Below, one piece after another: positions 10,064 to 22,101 of a DNA stretch of 64,000 bases. Source of the DNA: an uncultured delta proteobacterium. GTDB lineage: Bacteria; Myxococcota_A; Polyangia; Fen-1088. The notes below the pieces were generated by a model. It did not search any database, was not told the origin of the DNA, and saw nothing but the letters and a program-made list of their open reading frames with translations. The DNA is taken from NCBI GenBank assembly GCA_963767925.1, contig CAVYGB010000010.1, forward strand, positions 1,632,001 to 1,696,000, written 5' to 3'. The first letter of the stretch is position 1; each line of letters begins with the position of its first letter. The translations under genes and the position numbers were made by a program.

Positions 10064-11665
10064 TCAGCGGAGGAGGGCCGGCTCCAGCGCGGGGACCGCC
10101 GGCGCGCCGGTGAAGTCCACCGGCGGCAGGCCGGGGACGACAAGCGTCTTCCAGCCGGGCCGGGGCATCGGGACGTCGAAGCTGGCGCCGCTGCCATGTC
10201 CGAAGCGGTTCCGGAAGACGGTGACCGCGCCGACCACCGCGCCCGCGGCGTCCAGGACCTGAGCGCGCTCGGCCTGGCCCGAGGGGGCCTCGCCGGTGAG
10301 CGGGCGGCCCCAGAAGACCTGCCCCGCCCCGTCGGAGACGAGGGTCCGGTGCGGCTCGCTGGCCTCGCTCAGGCGCTGGATCAGCCGGGCCGAGGCGCTG
10401 GGCACGCTGATGGCCGTGCGGCGGGTGGCGACGGCAGCGTAGGTATAGTCGCTGATCCACTGCGGGTTGCAGTAGCCCATGAGATCCTTGCGGCTGGTCG
10501 GGCTCTGCAGGCGGGGGGGCACGGTGCGGATGTCGAGGCCCCACTGCCCGATGCCACCGTCGGCGTGGGGGAAGTTGCGGTCGATGCCGTCGCCGCCGCC
10601 GCAGGGGGTGTGGCCGCGCCCGTGCTGGTGCCCGATCTCGTGGATCAGGGTCTCGCCGGCGATGTTGCCGGTGGCGAAGCCGACGCCCAGGCCGACCAGC
10701 CGGCTGGCCGACAGGTTGTCGACCAGGTACGACAGGCCAGCCACGCAGGAGTTGCGGCAGTAGGCGACGAAGTTGGCCGCCGGCTCGACCAGGCCGTAGT
10801 AGTAGACGTCGTTGGCGGCGGCGTCGCGGGCCCGTTGCTCGCGCAGGGCCTCGAGGAGCTGGGGCCAGCCGGCGCTCGCGGTGAGCATGACCGCGGTCGC
10901 GAGCGGCTCGCGCACGGTCACCTCGACGGTGCGGGTCGGGTAGATGGCCAGCAGGATGTCGCGGTAGCGCTGGAGCTGCGGCTCCGACAGGTTGGGCAGG
11001 CGGCCCGAGCCGTCGGCGTTGTACTGGATGGGCACCAGCACGACCTTGAGGATGCCGGTGTCGGTGGGCGAGAGCGCCACGCCGTTGCCGGCGGGGTAGC
11101 TGTGGGCCCCGCCGCCCGAGCAGCTCCCGCCGGTGTGCAACGTGAGGCTGACCCGCGCGTCGGGGCGGATGGCGTCCCCCGGGACGTCGAAGTTCAGGCT
11201 CGATTCCAGCAGCGCTTCGCTCGAGGGGTCGGCCACCACGCCGGTGGCCTCGAACTCGCGCAGGCCGGCCGACGAATCGATCCGCAGCCGGGCGACGGCG
11301 TTGCCCGTGACCGGCGCGCCCCCGTAGCTCAGGTAGGCGCGAAAGAAGGCCCGACGGCCCTCGATGATCGGCACCGCGCGCGCGCTGACCTCGACGCCGT
11401 CGCGGATGAGGGGGATCTTCACCCCCTGGAACATCGCCAGCTCGCTGACCTGCAGGCCGCACGCGTGCGGCTCCGGCACCTCGGGGACGGCTGGCAGGGG
11501 GGGCGTCGACCCGCCGGTCCCGCCCTCGCCGCTGGGGCCCGACGCGGCGCCGCCGTCGCAGGCCGTCAGGGCGGCCGCCAGGAACATCGAAAAAACGGCG
11601 GCCCGCGGCCGGTTGACGCGGCGAACCCCCGGCCCCGACTGTGCAAGCATCAATCTATTGGACAC
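10064..11665 (-). CDS. Secreted M66-like zinc metallopeptidase lipoprotein
   Basis: Lipobox LTAC; HEIGHQHGRGH zinc motif; DLMGYC Met-turn; start uncertain. Confidence 0.8.
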   Translation of the reverse strand: MSNRLMLAQSGPGVRRVNRPRAAVFSMFLAAALTACDGGAASGPSGEGGTGGSTPPLPAVPEVPEPHACGLQVSELAMFQGVKIPLIRDGVEVSARAVPIIEGRRAFFRAYLSYGGAPVTGNAVARLRIDSSAGLREFEATGVVADPSSEALLESSLNFDVPGDAIRPDARVSLTLHTGGSCSGGGAHSYPAGNGVALSPTDTGILKVVLVPIQYNADGSGRLPNLSEPQLQRYRDILLAIYPTRTVEVTVREPLATAVMLTASAGWPQLLEALREQRARDAAANDVYYYGLVEPAANFVAYCRNSCVAGLSYLVDNLSASRLVGLGVGFATGNIAGETLIHEIGHQHGRGHTPCGGGDGIDRNFPHADGGIGQWGLDIRTVPPRLQSPTSRKDLMGYCNPQWISDYTYAAVATRRTAISVPSASARLIQRLSEASEPHRTLVSDGAGQVFWGRPLTGEAPSGQAERAQVLDAAGAVVGAVTVFRNRFGHGSGASFDVPMPRPGWKTLVVPGLPPVDFTGAPAVPALEPALLR

Positions 11666-11936
11666 GCGAGGAAGGCCAAGCGCAACCGACCTTCAGCGAA
11701 AGATTTGCCCGCTGGCCACCACCTCGGAGCGCTGGCGGGGACCTCCTTCAACGCCGCCAGGTCGTCGTCGCTCCAGGCCGGGTTGGTCTCGCCGCTGAGT
11801 GCACGGTGAAGCGCAGGCGTGGCGGATCTCGCCGGCCTGTACCTCGTCCCGGCGCGCCAGGCCGGGGCAAGATCGGCAGACCCGCCGCATCGGCGCTGGT
11901 GAAGCCGGCGGGGTGGGCGCCCGTGGGTCCCGCCGC

Positions 11937-12257
11937 TCAGGGTCGCGGGGCCATGAAGACGAGGACGGCGGCCGGGAGGGGACCGGGGTTGGTCAGGCCG
12001 TGGTCGGCGCCGGCGGGGGCCAGGGCGGCCTGCCCGGGCCCGACCGTGGCGGTCTCGCTGCCCACCTGCACCACCACCTCCCCCTCCACCACGGCGTAGA
12101 CCTTGTCCGCCTCGTCGTGGCGGTGGGGCTTCTGGCTCTGCCCGGGGAGCAAGCAATACACGTCGAAGAAGAACCGGGAAGTCTCGAAGACGTTGATCTT
12201 CTGGAGCTTCGTGGTCTCCCAGCGACGCGCATCGAAGCGGTTGATCTGGATGGGCAT
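11937..12257 (-). CDS. Cupin-domain protein
   Basis: PHRH...YAVVEGE and P.G..HGL.N cupin motifs. Confidence 0.82.
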   Translation of the reverse strand: MPIQINRFDARRWETTKLQKINVFETSRFFFDVYCLLPGQSQKPHRHDEADKVYAVVEGEVVVQVGSETATVGPGQAALAPAGADHGLTNPGPLPAAVLVFMAPRP

Positions 12258-12280
12258 GGACCGGTTATACGATCGGCACC

Positions 12281-14659
12281 ATGGGTTCGTCCGAGCAAGT
12301 CCCCGCATCCGAAGTCGCCGCCACCCCCGTCCCCCCGATCCCCGCGATCGACGTCGCCGGCGTGATCGCCGAGGAGCTGAAGCTCCCCCTGGCCAGCGTG
12401 GCCCGGGCGGTCGCGCTGTTGAGCGAGGGGGCCACCGTGCCCTTCGTGGCCCGCTACCGCAAGGAGGTGACGGGCGGCATGGACGAGGTCCAGCTCCAGA
12501 CCACCAAGGAGCGGGCCAGCGAGCTGACCGAGCTGGCCGACCGGCGCAAGATCGTGCTCGAGTCGATCGCCTCCCAGGGCAAGCTGACCGACGAGCTGTT
12601 CCGCCGCATCGTCGGCACCCTGTCGCGCACCGAGCTCGAGGATCTCTACCTGCCTTTCCGGCCCAAGCGCCGCACGCGGGCCATGATCGCCCGCGAGCGG
12701 GGGCTCGAGCCGCTGGCCGATCTGCTGTGGGCGGCCGAGGGCAAGCTGGCCGGCTCGCGCGAGAGCGTGGCCCAGGCCTTCGTCTCGGACGACAAGGGGG
12801 TGCCCGACGTTGAGGCGGCCTGGGCGGGGGCGCGCGACATCGTGGCCGAGCGCATCTCCGACGACGCCGACGCCCGGGCCGCCCTGCGCACCCTGACCGC
12901 CGGCGAGGGGGTGCTGCGCTCGCAGCCCTCCGGAGAGGGCAACGAGCCGGAGCGCCTGAAGTTCAAGGACTACTTCGAGTTCGCCGAGCCGGTGGCCAAG
13001 CTCCCCTCGCACCGGATCCTGGCCCTGCGCCGGGGCGAGAGCGAGGGGTTCCTGCGGCTGGGGCTGGAGGTGGACCGGGAGGTCTGCCTGACCCGGCTGC
13101 GCGGGCAGCTCCGGCGGCCCCCCGGCAACCCGCTGGCCCGGGACTTCGAGGCGGCGCTGGTCGACTCGTACGACCGGCTGCTGGCCCCCTCGATCGAGGT
13201 CGACGTGCGCCTGCAGCTCAAGGAGCGGGCCGACGCCGAGGCCATCCGCGTGTTCGCCGAGAACCTGCGCCACCTGCTGCTGGCGGCGCCCCTCGGCGGC
13301 CGGCGGGTGCTGGCGCTCGACCCCGGGTTCCGCACCGGTTGCAAGACGGTGGCCCTCGACGAGACGGGCAAGCTGCTGGAAAACGGGGTGATCTACCCGC
13401 ACGAGCCGCAGCGCCAGGTCGACGGCGCCCGCAAGGAGGTGGCCCGCCTGGTCGCCCGCCACACCCTGACCGCGGTGGCCATCGGCAACGGCACCGCCGG
13501 GCGGGAGACCGAGACGTTCGTGCGGGCCATGAAGAAGGAGAACCTGCTGCCCGAGGCGTGCCTGGTCGTGTCGGTCAACGAGAGCGGGGCCTCGGTGTAC
13601 TCCGCTTCGGAGATCGCCCGCGAGGAGTTCCCCGACCAGGACCTCACGGTGCGAGGGGCGGTCTCGATCGGCCGGCGGCTGCAGGACCCCCTGGCCGAGC
13701 TGGTCAAGATCGATCCCAAGTCGATCGGGGTGGGGCAATACCAGCACGACGTCAACCAGGGCCAGCTCGGGCGGGCGCTCGACGGCGTGGTCGAGTCCTG
13801 CGTGAACGCGGTGGGGGTCGAGCTGAACACCGCCTCGGCCAAGCTGCTGGCCTACGTGTCGGGGGTGGGGCCCACCCTGGCCAAGAACATCGTCGAGCAC
13901 CGGGCCGCCCACGGGCCCTTCCGCTCGCGGCGCGACCTCAAGAAGGTGGCCCGGCTGGGGCCCAAGGCGTTCGAGCAGGCGGCGGGCTTCTTGCGGGTGC
14001 GAGGGGGTGAAGAGCCCCTCGACGGCAGCGCGGTCCACCCCGAGAGCTACGACGTCGTCGAGCGCATGGCCAAGGATCTGGGGGTGAAGGTGGCGGCGCT
14101 GGTGGGCAACAGCGAGCTGGTGCGCAAGCTCGACATCCGCAAATACGTCGACGAGCGGCGGGGCGAGCCCACCTTGCGGGACATCGTGTCCGAGCTGGAG
14201 AAGCCCGGGCGCGACCCGCGCCAGAGCTTCGAGGAGATGCGCTTTCGCGAGGACGTCACCGAGATCGCCCACCTGCAGGAGGGCATGGTGCTCGAGGGGG
14301 TGGTGACGAACGTGACGGCCTTCGGGGCCTTCGTCGACATCGGCGTGCACCAGGACGGCCTGGTCCACGTGAGCGAGCTGGCCAACAAGTTCGTCAAGGA
14401 CCCGGCCGAGGTGGTCAAGGTGGGGGACAGGGTCAAGGTGCGCGTGCTGAAGGTGGAGAAGGACCGCAAGCGCATCGGCCTGTCGATCAAGCAGGCCAGC
14501 GCCCCCGCGGCGAACCAGCCCCGCCCCGAGCCCGAGCCCCGCGGCCCCGGCCCCCGCGGCCCGTCCGGCCCACGCCCACCCTCCGGCCCACGCCCACCTC
14601 CAGCCCCCAGCACCCCCTTCAACGCCATCCGCACCCGCCCCCTCAAGGGCCGCAACTAG
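12281..14659 (+). CDS. tex: Tex family RNA-binding transcriptional accessory protein
   Basis: GATVPFVARYRKE, DPGFRTGCK (YqgF-like), SIGVGQYQHD, HhH and S1 domains. Confidence 0.96.
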   Translation: MGSSEQVPASEVAATPVPPIPAIDVAGVIAEELKLPLASVARAVALLSEGATVPFVARYRKEVTGGMDEVQLQTTKERASELTELADRRKIVLESIASQGKLTDELFRRIVGTLSRTELEDLYLPFRPKRRTRAMIARERGLEPLADLLWAAEGKLAGSRESVAQAFVSDDKGVPDVEAAWAGARDIVAERISDDADARAALRTLTAGEGVLRSQPSGEGNEPERLKFKDYFEFAEPVAKLPSHRILALRRGESEGFLRLGLEVDREVCLTRLRGQLRRPPGNPLARDFEAALVDSYDRLLAPSIEVDVRLQLKERADAEAIRVFAENLRHLLLAAPLGGRRVLALDPGFRTGCKTVALDETGKLLENGVIYPHEPQRQVDGARKEVARLVARHTLTAVAIGNGTAGRETETFVRAMKKENLLPEACLVVSVNESGASVYSASEIAREEFPDQDLTVRGAVSIGRRLQDPLAELVKIDPKSIGVGQYQHDVNQGQLGRALDGVVESCVNAVGVELNTASAKLLAYVSGVGPTLAKNIVEHRAAHGPFRSRRDLKKVARLGPKAFEQAAGFLRVRGGEEPLDGSAVHPESYDVVERMAKDLGVKVAALVGNSELVRKLDIRKYVDERRGEPTLRDIVSELEKPGRDPRQSFEEMRFREDVTEIAHLQEGMVLEGVVTNVTAFGAFVDIGVHQDGLVHVSELANKFVKDPAEVVKVGDRVKVRVLKVEKDRKRIGLSIKQASAPAANQPRPEPEPRGPGPRGPSGPRPPSGPRPPPAPSTPFNAIRTRPLKGRN

Positions 14660-14670
14660 GGTCGCTACCT

Positions 14671-15199
14671 GCGTCGGACGTAGGCGAGCTTGCTCGCCGG
14701 AGTCCATCGCGGGGGGACAGGGACCCTTTGAGGGTCCCTGGTTGTCGCGTCGGACGTAGGCGAGCTTGCTCGCCGGAGTCCATCGCGGGGGGACAGGGAC
14801 CCTTTGAGGGTCCCTGGTTGTCGCGTCGGACGTAGGCGAGCTTGCTCGCCGGAGTCCATCGCGGGGGGACAGGGACCCTTTGAGGGTCCCTGGTTGTCGC
14901 GTCGGACGTAGGCGAGCTTGCTCGCCGGAGTCCATCGCGGGGGACAGGGACCCTTTGAGGGTCCCTGGTTGTCGCGTCGGACGTAGGCGAGCTTGCTCGC
15001 CGGAGTCCATCGCGGGGACAGGGACCCTTTGAGGGTCCCTGGTTGTCGCGTCGGACGTAGGCGAGCTTGCTCGCCGGAGTCCATCGCGGGGGGACAGGGA
15101 CCCTTTGAGGGTCCCTGGTTGTCGCGTCGGACGTAGGCGAGCTTGCTCGCCGGAGTCCATCGCGGGGGGACAGGGACCCTTTGAGGGTCCCTAGTTGTC
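14671..15199. repeat. Tandem array, 7 x ~76-bp units, each with two hairpins (REP/BIME-like)
   Basis: Units start at 14671, 14747, 14823, 14899, 14974, 15048 and 15124; identical except G-run length and one base in the last copy. Confidence 0.97.
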
Positions 15200-16819
15200 G
15201 AACGACGGGAGGGGGGCGGACCAGAGGCCGTTGCGTGGGGAGTCGTTGTTGCGTTCCTTCACTATGAAGGCGGCGATGTCGCCCAGCAGGGGATTGGTGC
15301 GGGTGATGACCGTGACCACGCCGTGCTCGAGGATCAGCTCCTGGCCGCTGAGCAGGTCCTTCTGCACGAGATCGCCGGTGTGGTCCTGGCCCACCCGGGT
15401 GATGCCGAGCAGGCGGTTGGCGGGGAGCACCGCCATCGGCCCCACCCCCACCGCCAGCCGCTGCGTCTCGCCGGTGTCGAGGTCGGCCAGGTAGAGGTCG
15501 GTCGCGCCGAGGCCGAAGTGGGCCCAGAAGAGCACCTTGGTGGGGCCGCCGATGTTGGGCACGAAGCCGCGCGGCTCGAGCAGGCAGGTGGTGCCGGCGG
15601 GCGAGACGAGGCGGCCGGGCGCCAGGAGGTCCGAGGCGTCGAGGGCCATGAGCCGGCCCACCGTGCTGCGGCGGATCGCCGGGGGGGGCGGCGGGGGCTC
15701 GACCTCCAGGTAGAGCAGGTAGCGCCCGTCCTCGGTGAAGACCGGAGCGTTGCCGGGGAAGGGCAGCAGCTCGACGGTGGCGCTCGACAGCGTGCCACCC
15801 TCGCGGTCGGTGCGGAACAGCGCGGTCTGGCGGTTGCGATCGATGAGGATCGCCTCCGGACGCCCCGGGCGGTAGACGATGCCCTGCACGTCGACCATCC
15901 CCTCGGGCAGCACCAGCACCTGGCTGGCGCCGGTCGCCAGGTCGAGCTCGTGCCACATGGCGGGGCGGCCGTCCCGGGCCTCCACCGCGTAGACGAAGGT
16001 GTTGCGGTCCAGGCCCAGCCAGCAGCAGGGGTTCTCGACGGCCAGCGCCCGCTCCTCGCCGGTGGTCAGGTCGAGCACGCGGGTGCGCACCTTTCCCTCG
16101 TCGGAGACGGCCAGGACGGCGAAGCGCTGCTCGTCGTGCAGCCAGTAGCGGGAGACCGAGGGGCGCAGCGGCTGCGGGGTGCCGTGGATCCCCTGCACCC
16201 GGGTGAGCACCCGATCCGGCCCGCTGAGGTAATAGAACGTGTCCTTGCCGAAGAACGTGATGGGGCCCGCGGCGGGGCCCAGGGTGCTGTCGTGACCCGA
16301 GAGGTCGCGCAGCCGCATCTCGGGCATCGCCTCGCCAGGCACGTACCGGCGGTAGTAGAACCAGCTCCGGTCGGGGTGCATGCCGTAGCTCAGGACGTCG
16401 TCGATGCTCTCGAGGACGCCTTCGGGCAGGCGCAGGCGCAGCAGGGTTCCCACCGACAGCCCGAGCTCGGGCGCGGGGCGCTCGTCGATCATGAAGAACC
16501 CGGCGCGATCGGCGTCGGTCAGGATCGGCCACTCGTCGCGCGCCGCCCGGTCGGCCAGCACGAGCTGGTGAAAGCCGTCGCTGACGCGCGCCAGGTGCAG
16601 ATCGACCTTGGCGGCCATGTCGTTCTGGGCCTGCGAGGTGCGGACGTCGAACAACACCCACGGCTCGTCGTCCATCACCCGGAACCGTGGATTGCTGATG
16701 CCGACTCCGGGGTAGAGCAGGGTCCCTCGCACCGGTGGATCGTCGGGAAGACAGGCCCCGACCATCACCAGCACGACCAACACCCCAGGCCGCCACCGAG
16801 CCGCCGACAAGGGAGGCAC
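15191..16819 (-). CDS. Hypothetical lipoprotein, probably beta-propeller-like
   Basis: Signal ending VMVGAC; beta-strand-rich globular sequence; GTG start inferred. Confidence 0.6.
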   Translation of the reverse strand: MPPLSAARWRPGVLVVLVMVGACLPDDPPVRGTLLYPGVGISNPRFRVMDDEPWVLFDVRTSQAQNDMAAKVDLHLARVSDGFHQLVLADRAARDEWPILTDADRAGFFMIDERPAPELGLSVGTLLRLRLPEGVLESIDDVLSYGMHPDRSWFYYRRYVPGEAMPEMRLRDLSGHDSTLGPAAGPITFFGKDTFYYLSGPDRVLTRVQGIHGTPQPLRPSVSRYWLHDEQRFAVLAVSDEGKVRTRVLDLTTGEERALAVENPCCWLGLDRNTFVYAVEARDGRPAMWHELDLATGASQVLVLPEGMVDVQGIVYRPGRPEAILIDRNRQTALFRTDREGGTLSSATVELLPFPGNAPVFTEDGRYLLYLEVEPPPPPPAIRRSTVGRLMALDASDLLAPGRLVSPAGTTCLLEPRGFVPNIGGPTKVLFWAHFGLGATDLYLADLDTGETQRLAVGVGPMAVLPANRLLGITRVGQDHTGDLVQKDLLSGQELILEHGVVTVITRTNPLLGDIAAFIVKERNNDSPRNGLWSAPLPSFDN

Positions 16820-16857
16820 GCGGCCGAGTTTATCAGAACCGCGTTTTTGGGAAACGG

Positions 16858-19163
16858 TTATCTGCTCGGGGCGGGCGGCTGGCCCGGCGCCGGCGCCGCG
16901 CCTGTCGTTGCTGCTCCGGCTGCAGCTCCGGTCCCGCCGCCGGAGCCCTGGCTGGGAGCGCGCGAGGCGCGCGGGCCGGCTGGCGGGGCGAAGCCGCGCT
17001 TGCGCATGAGCGCGTCGATGCCGGGATCGCGCCCGCGGAAGGCGCGGTAGCCGTCGGCGGGATCGACGGTGTCGCCGGCGGAGAAGACGTTCTTGCGCAG
17101 CCGGCTCGCCACCGCCCGGTCGTAGGGGCCGCCCGCCTCGGTGAACGCCTCGAAGGCGTCGGCCGTCAGCGTGTCCGCCCACAGGTAGCTGTAGTAGCCG
17201 GCCGAGTAGCCGTCGCCGCAGAAGATGTGGCCGAACTGCGGCGTGCGGTGGCGCATGACGATCTCGCTCGGGCATGCCGAGCGCGGCGAGCGTCTCGCGC
17301 TCGAAGGCGTCGGGATCGATGTCGGCGTGCGCCGGCCAGGTGCAGCTTCATGTCGACCAGCGCGCTGCGCCAGGTACTCGACGGTGGCGAAGCCCTGGTT
17401 GAAGGTCGCCGCCTTCTCGATCTTGGCCACCAGGGCCGGCGGGGATCGGCTTGCCGGTCTCGTAGTGCAGGGCGAAGCGGTTGAGCACCTCGGGCGTGGC
17501 CAGCCAGTGCTCGAGGAGCTGCGAGGGGAACTCGACGTAGTCGCGCGCCACCGCGGTGCCGGCCAGCGAGGGGTAGCTGACGTTCGAGCTGAGGCCGTGC
17601 AGGGCGTGGCCGAACTCGTGGAACAGGGTCGTGCGCGTCGTCCCAGCTGATGAGCACCGGCTCGCCGGCGCTTGCCCTTCACGAAGTTGGAGTTGTTCGA
17701 GACGATGGTCGTGATCTCGCCGCTCGAAGCGCTCCTGCGTGCGGTAGGCGTTCATCCAGGCGCCCGAGCGCTTGCCCGCGCGCGCGTAGGGATCGAAGTA
17801 CCAGAGGCCGACGTGCTTGCCGCTGGCGCGGTCCTTGACCTCCCAGACGCGCACGTCGGGGTGGTAGACGGGGACGTCGGTGACCGGCGCGAAGGTGAAG
17901 CCGAAGAGCTCGCCCGCCACCCAGAACATCCCCTCGCGCAGCTTCTCGAGCTGCAGGTAGGGCTTCACCTCGTTCTGGTCGAGGTCGTACTTCGCCTTGC
18001 GCACCTTCTCCGCGTAGAAGCGGTAGTCCCAGGGCTCGATGCTGATGCGCCGGGCCTTCTCTCGTCGGCGATCGCCTGCATGTCGGCCACCTCCTCGCGC
18101 ACGCGGGCCACCGCCGGCGTCCAGACCGCCTCCATCAGGCCCATCGCCGCGCTCGGGCGTCTTCGCCATGGCGTCCTCGAGGCGCCAGTGGGCGTGGGTC
18201 GGGTAGCCGAGCAGCTTGGCGCGCTCGGCGCGCAGCTCGAGGATCTCGGTGATGATCGCGTTGTTGTCGTGCGCGTCGCCGTTGTCGCCGCGGTTGACGA
18301 AGCTCCGCCAGACCTTCTCGCGCAGGTCGCGCCGGGTCGAGTAGGTCAGGAACGGCTCGACCGAGGAGCGGGTGTTGGTGATGACCCACTTGCCCTTCTG
18401 CCCGCGCGCCTCGGCGGCGGCGGCGGCGCCGGCCCGCACCGAAGTCGGGCAGCCCGGCGAGGTCGGCCGGCTTGTCGAGGATCAGGGCGTGCCCTTCCTC
18501 GTCGGCCAGCAGGTTCTGGCTGAAGGTCGTGTAGAGCGTGGCCAGGCGCTGGTTGATCTCCGAGAGGCGCTTCTTGGCGGTGGCGTCGAGCTTGGCCCCC
18601 GCGCGCACGAAGTTGGTGTAGTGCCGCCAGACCAGCCGCTGCTGCTCGGGCGTCAGGCTGGCCTTGTCGGCGGCGGCGTAGACGGCCTCGATGCGCTGGA
18701 AGAGCTTCTCGTTCTGGGTGATCTCGTCGGAGAAGGCGGCGAGCTTCGGGGCCAGGCCCTTCTCGATCGCCTGGAACTCGGGGGACTTCATGGTCGAGCC
18801 CCAGACGCCGTAGACCGTCTCGACCCGGTTGAAGGTCCGGCCCGCGTCCTCCAGCGCGGCGATCGTGTTGTCGAAGGTGGCGGGGGCGGTCGCCCCGGCG
18901 ATGGCGGCGATCTCGCGGCGCAGCTCGTCCATGGCGGCGGCGAAGCCGGGCGTGAAGTGCTCGACCTTCACCTTGTCGAAGGGGGGCACCCCGCCGTGGG
19001 GGCCGGTCCACTTCGGCAGCAGGGGGTTGTCGGCCACCTCGGGCCCGGCAACGGCGGCGGCAGGGGCGCCTTCGGGGCCCGCGCCCCCGGGCGAGGAGGT
19101 GGCGCAGGCAGCCGCGACCAGGGCGACCGCACCGACAGACAAGACGTGGGTCACGCGCATCAT
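16858..19163 (-). CDS. dcp: M3 family peptidyl-dipeptidase Dcp-like lipoprotein, multiply frameshifted
   Basis: NPLL..W.GP.GGVPPF, KRSGAWMN, TLFHEFGHALHG, DYVEFPSQ and YSAGYYSYLWA in alternating frames; AGGAG RBS. Confidence 0.88.
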
Positions 19164-19248
19164 CGACACTCCTTGCTCGGGGTGGACAGCGGGCAACGCC
19201 CGGGGGGTTGGCCCGGACGAGAGGGAGAGAGGGAGACGGGAGGCTAAG

Positions 19249-20577
<1,329 letters not shown>

Positions 20578-20673
20578 GCCTGCACCAGCAATTGTGCCAG
20601 AGTTTTGGCGCGCGACCGCATCTCGCGAAGGCGCGCCCTGCTGCGGGAGGTCATGCCCCCCGGCCCCTGCCGG

Positions 20674-22101
20674 TCATACCAGGGGCAGGAGCTTGGAGAG
20701 AATGAGGGCGGCCAGGACGCCGACGATCGAGTTGAAGGTCAGCAGGACCGTCCAGGTGCGCAGGGTCTGGCGCTCGGTGAAGCCGGAGAGGCGGCCGATG
20801 ACCCAGAAGCCGCTGTCGTTCATCCAGGACATGATCATCCCCCCGAACCCGATGGCGAGGAAGATGTAGATGGGGTGATAGGGCAAGGTGCCGCTGCTGG
20901 CGATGATCGGCTGCACCATCGCCGAGGTGGTCAGCAGGGCGATGGTGGTCGAGCCCTGCGCGATCCGGATGACCGAGGCGATCAGCCAGGCGAACAGGAT
21001 GAGGTTCATCTCGTGGCCGGCGGCGGAGGCTTGGATGGCGTCGCCCACCCGGGCGTTGATCAACATGTGGCCGAAGGCCCCGCCCGCGCTGGTGATGAGG
21101 ATGATGACCCCGGCGGTCTCGAAGGGGGGGCCGATGTGCTCGTTGATCTTCGCGAAGGACATGCCCCGCTGCTTCATGACCACCAGCATGGCCAGCAGGG
21201 CGCCGATGATGAGGGCCACGTTGCGGTTGCCGAGGAACTCGATGACCCCGAAGGCGGCGGGGGAGTCGACCCGGAAGCTCTTGAAGGCGGCGGCGGTGGA
21301 GGCGGCGGAGATCAGCAGGATGGGCAGCACCACCGGGAGGATCGACAGGGTGAAGGAGGGCAGCTCGCTCTCGGGGCGGTCGAGGGCCGCCGTGTCGGTC
21401 TGGCTACCGGGGACGGGAATCTGCAGCTTGCGGTTGATGCGCTTGATGAGGAACCAGGAGGCGGTCAGGGGGATGGACCCCACCAGCAAGGCGGCGATGA
21501 TGGTCTGCCCGACGTCGACGTTGAGGACGTCGGCCATGGCGAGCGGACCCGGGTGGGGGGCCACCAGGCCGTGGGTCAACACGCCGCCCGAACAGATCGC
21601 CAGGATGTACATGACGTAGTTGCGGCCGGTGCGCAGGGCCAGGGCCCGGGCGATCGGGAGCAGCAACATGAAGAAGGTGTCGAAGAAGATCGGCATCGAC
21701 AGCAGGTAGCTGGCGATGAGGATGGCCACCCCCGAGCGCTTCTCGCCGAAGACCGCCAGGAACCGGCGCACGACCTTGTCGGCGGCGCCGCTCTCCATCA
21801 GGCACATGCCGATGATGGCGGCGAGGGCGACGACCACCGCGATCTCGGCGGTCGTGTTGCCGAGCCCGACCATGGTCAGCTCGACGGCGTGGACGAAGTG
21901 GTTCTTGCCCGCCCCATCCGGCAACGTTCCCGCCGGGGTCAAAAACCCAGCGGTGATGCCGGCGAGGATCAGCGCCAGGAAGGCGTGGACGCGAAACACC
22001 GTGATGAGAACCACGATGAGCGCGACAGAGATGAGGAGGATCAGGAACGGCCAGGTCCCCGGATCCGCGCCGACAGCCTGAAGCAGGGAGAGGTTCGACA
22101 C
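20674..22101 (-). CDS. GntP family organic acid permease
   Basis: HGLVAPHPGP, RIAQGSTT and SWMNDSGFW motifs; many TM helices; GTG start inferred. Confidence 0.88.
   Translation of the reverse strand: MSNLSLLQAVGADPGTWPFLILLISVALIVVLITVFRVHAFLALILAGITAGFLTPAGTLPDGAGKNHFVHAVELTMVGLGNTTAEIAVVVALAAIIGMCLMESGAADKVVRRFLAVFGEKRSGVAILIASYLLSMPIFFDTFFMLLLPIARALALRTGRNYVMYILAICSGGVLTHGLVAPHPGPLAMADVLNVDVGQTIIAALLVGSIPLTASWFLIKRINRKLQIPVPGSQTDTAALDRPESELPSFTLSILPVVLPILLISAASTAAAFKSFRVDSPAAFGVIEFLGNRNVALIIGALLAMLVVMKQRGMSFAKINEHIGPPFETAGVIILITSAGGAFGHMLINARVGDAIQASAAGHEMNLILFAWLIASVIRIAQGSTTIALLTTSAMVQPIIASSGTLPYHPIYIFLAIGFGGMIMSWMNDSGFWVIGRLSGFTERQTLRTWTVLLTFNSIVGVLAALILSKLLPLV

Noticed and set aside
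11993..15160. Repeat-containing 1055-aa and 139-aa ORFs
   Set aside because: Antisense to tex and read through a 76-bp repeat that is not a multiple of 3
14671..15199. CRISPR array
   Set aside because: Units are identical end to end with no unique spacers; no cas genes in the window
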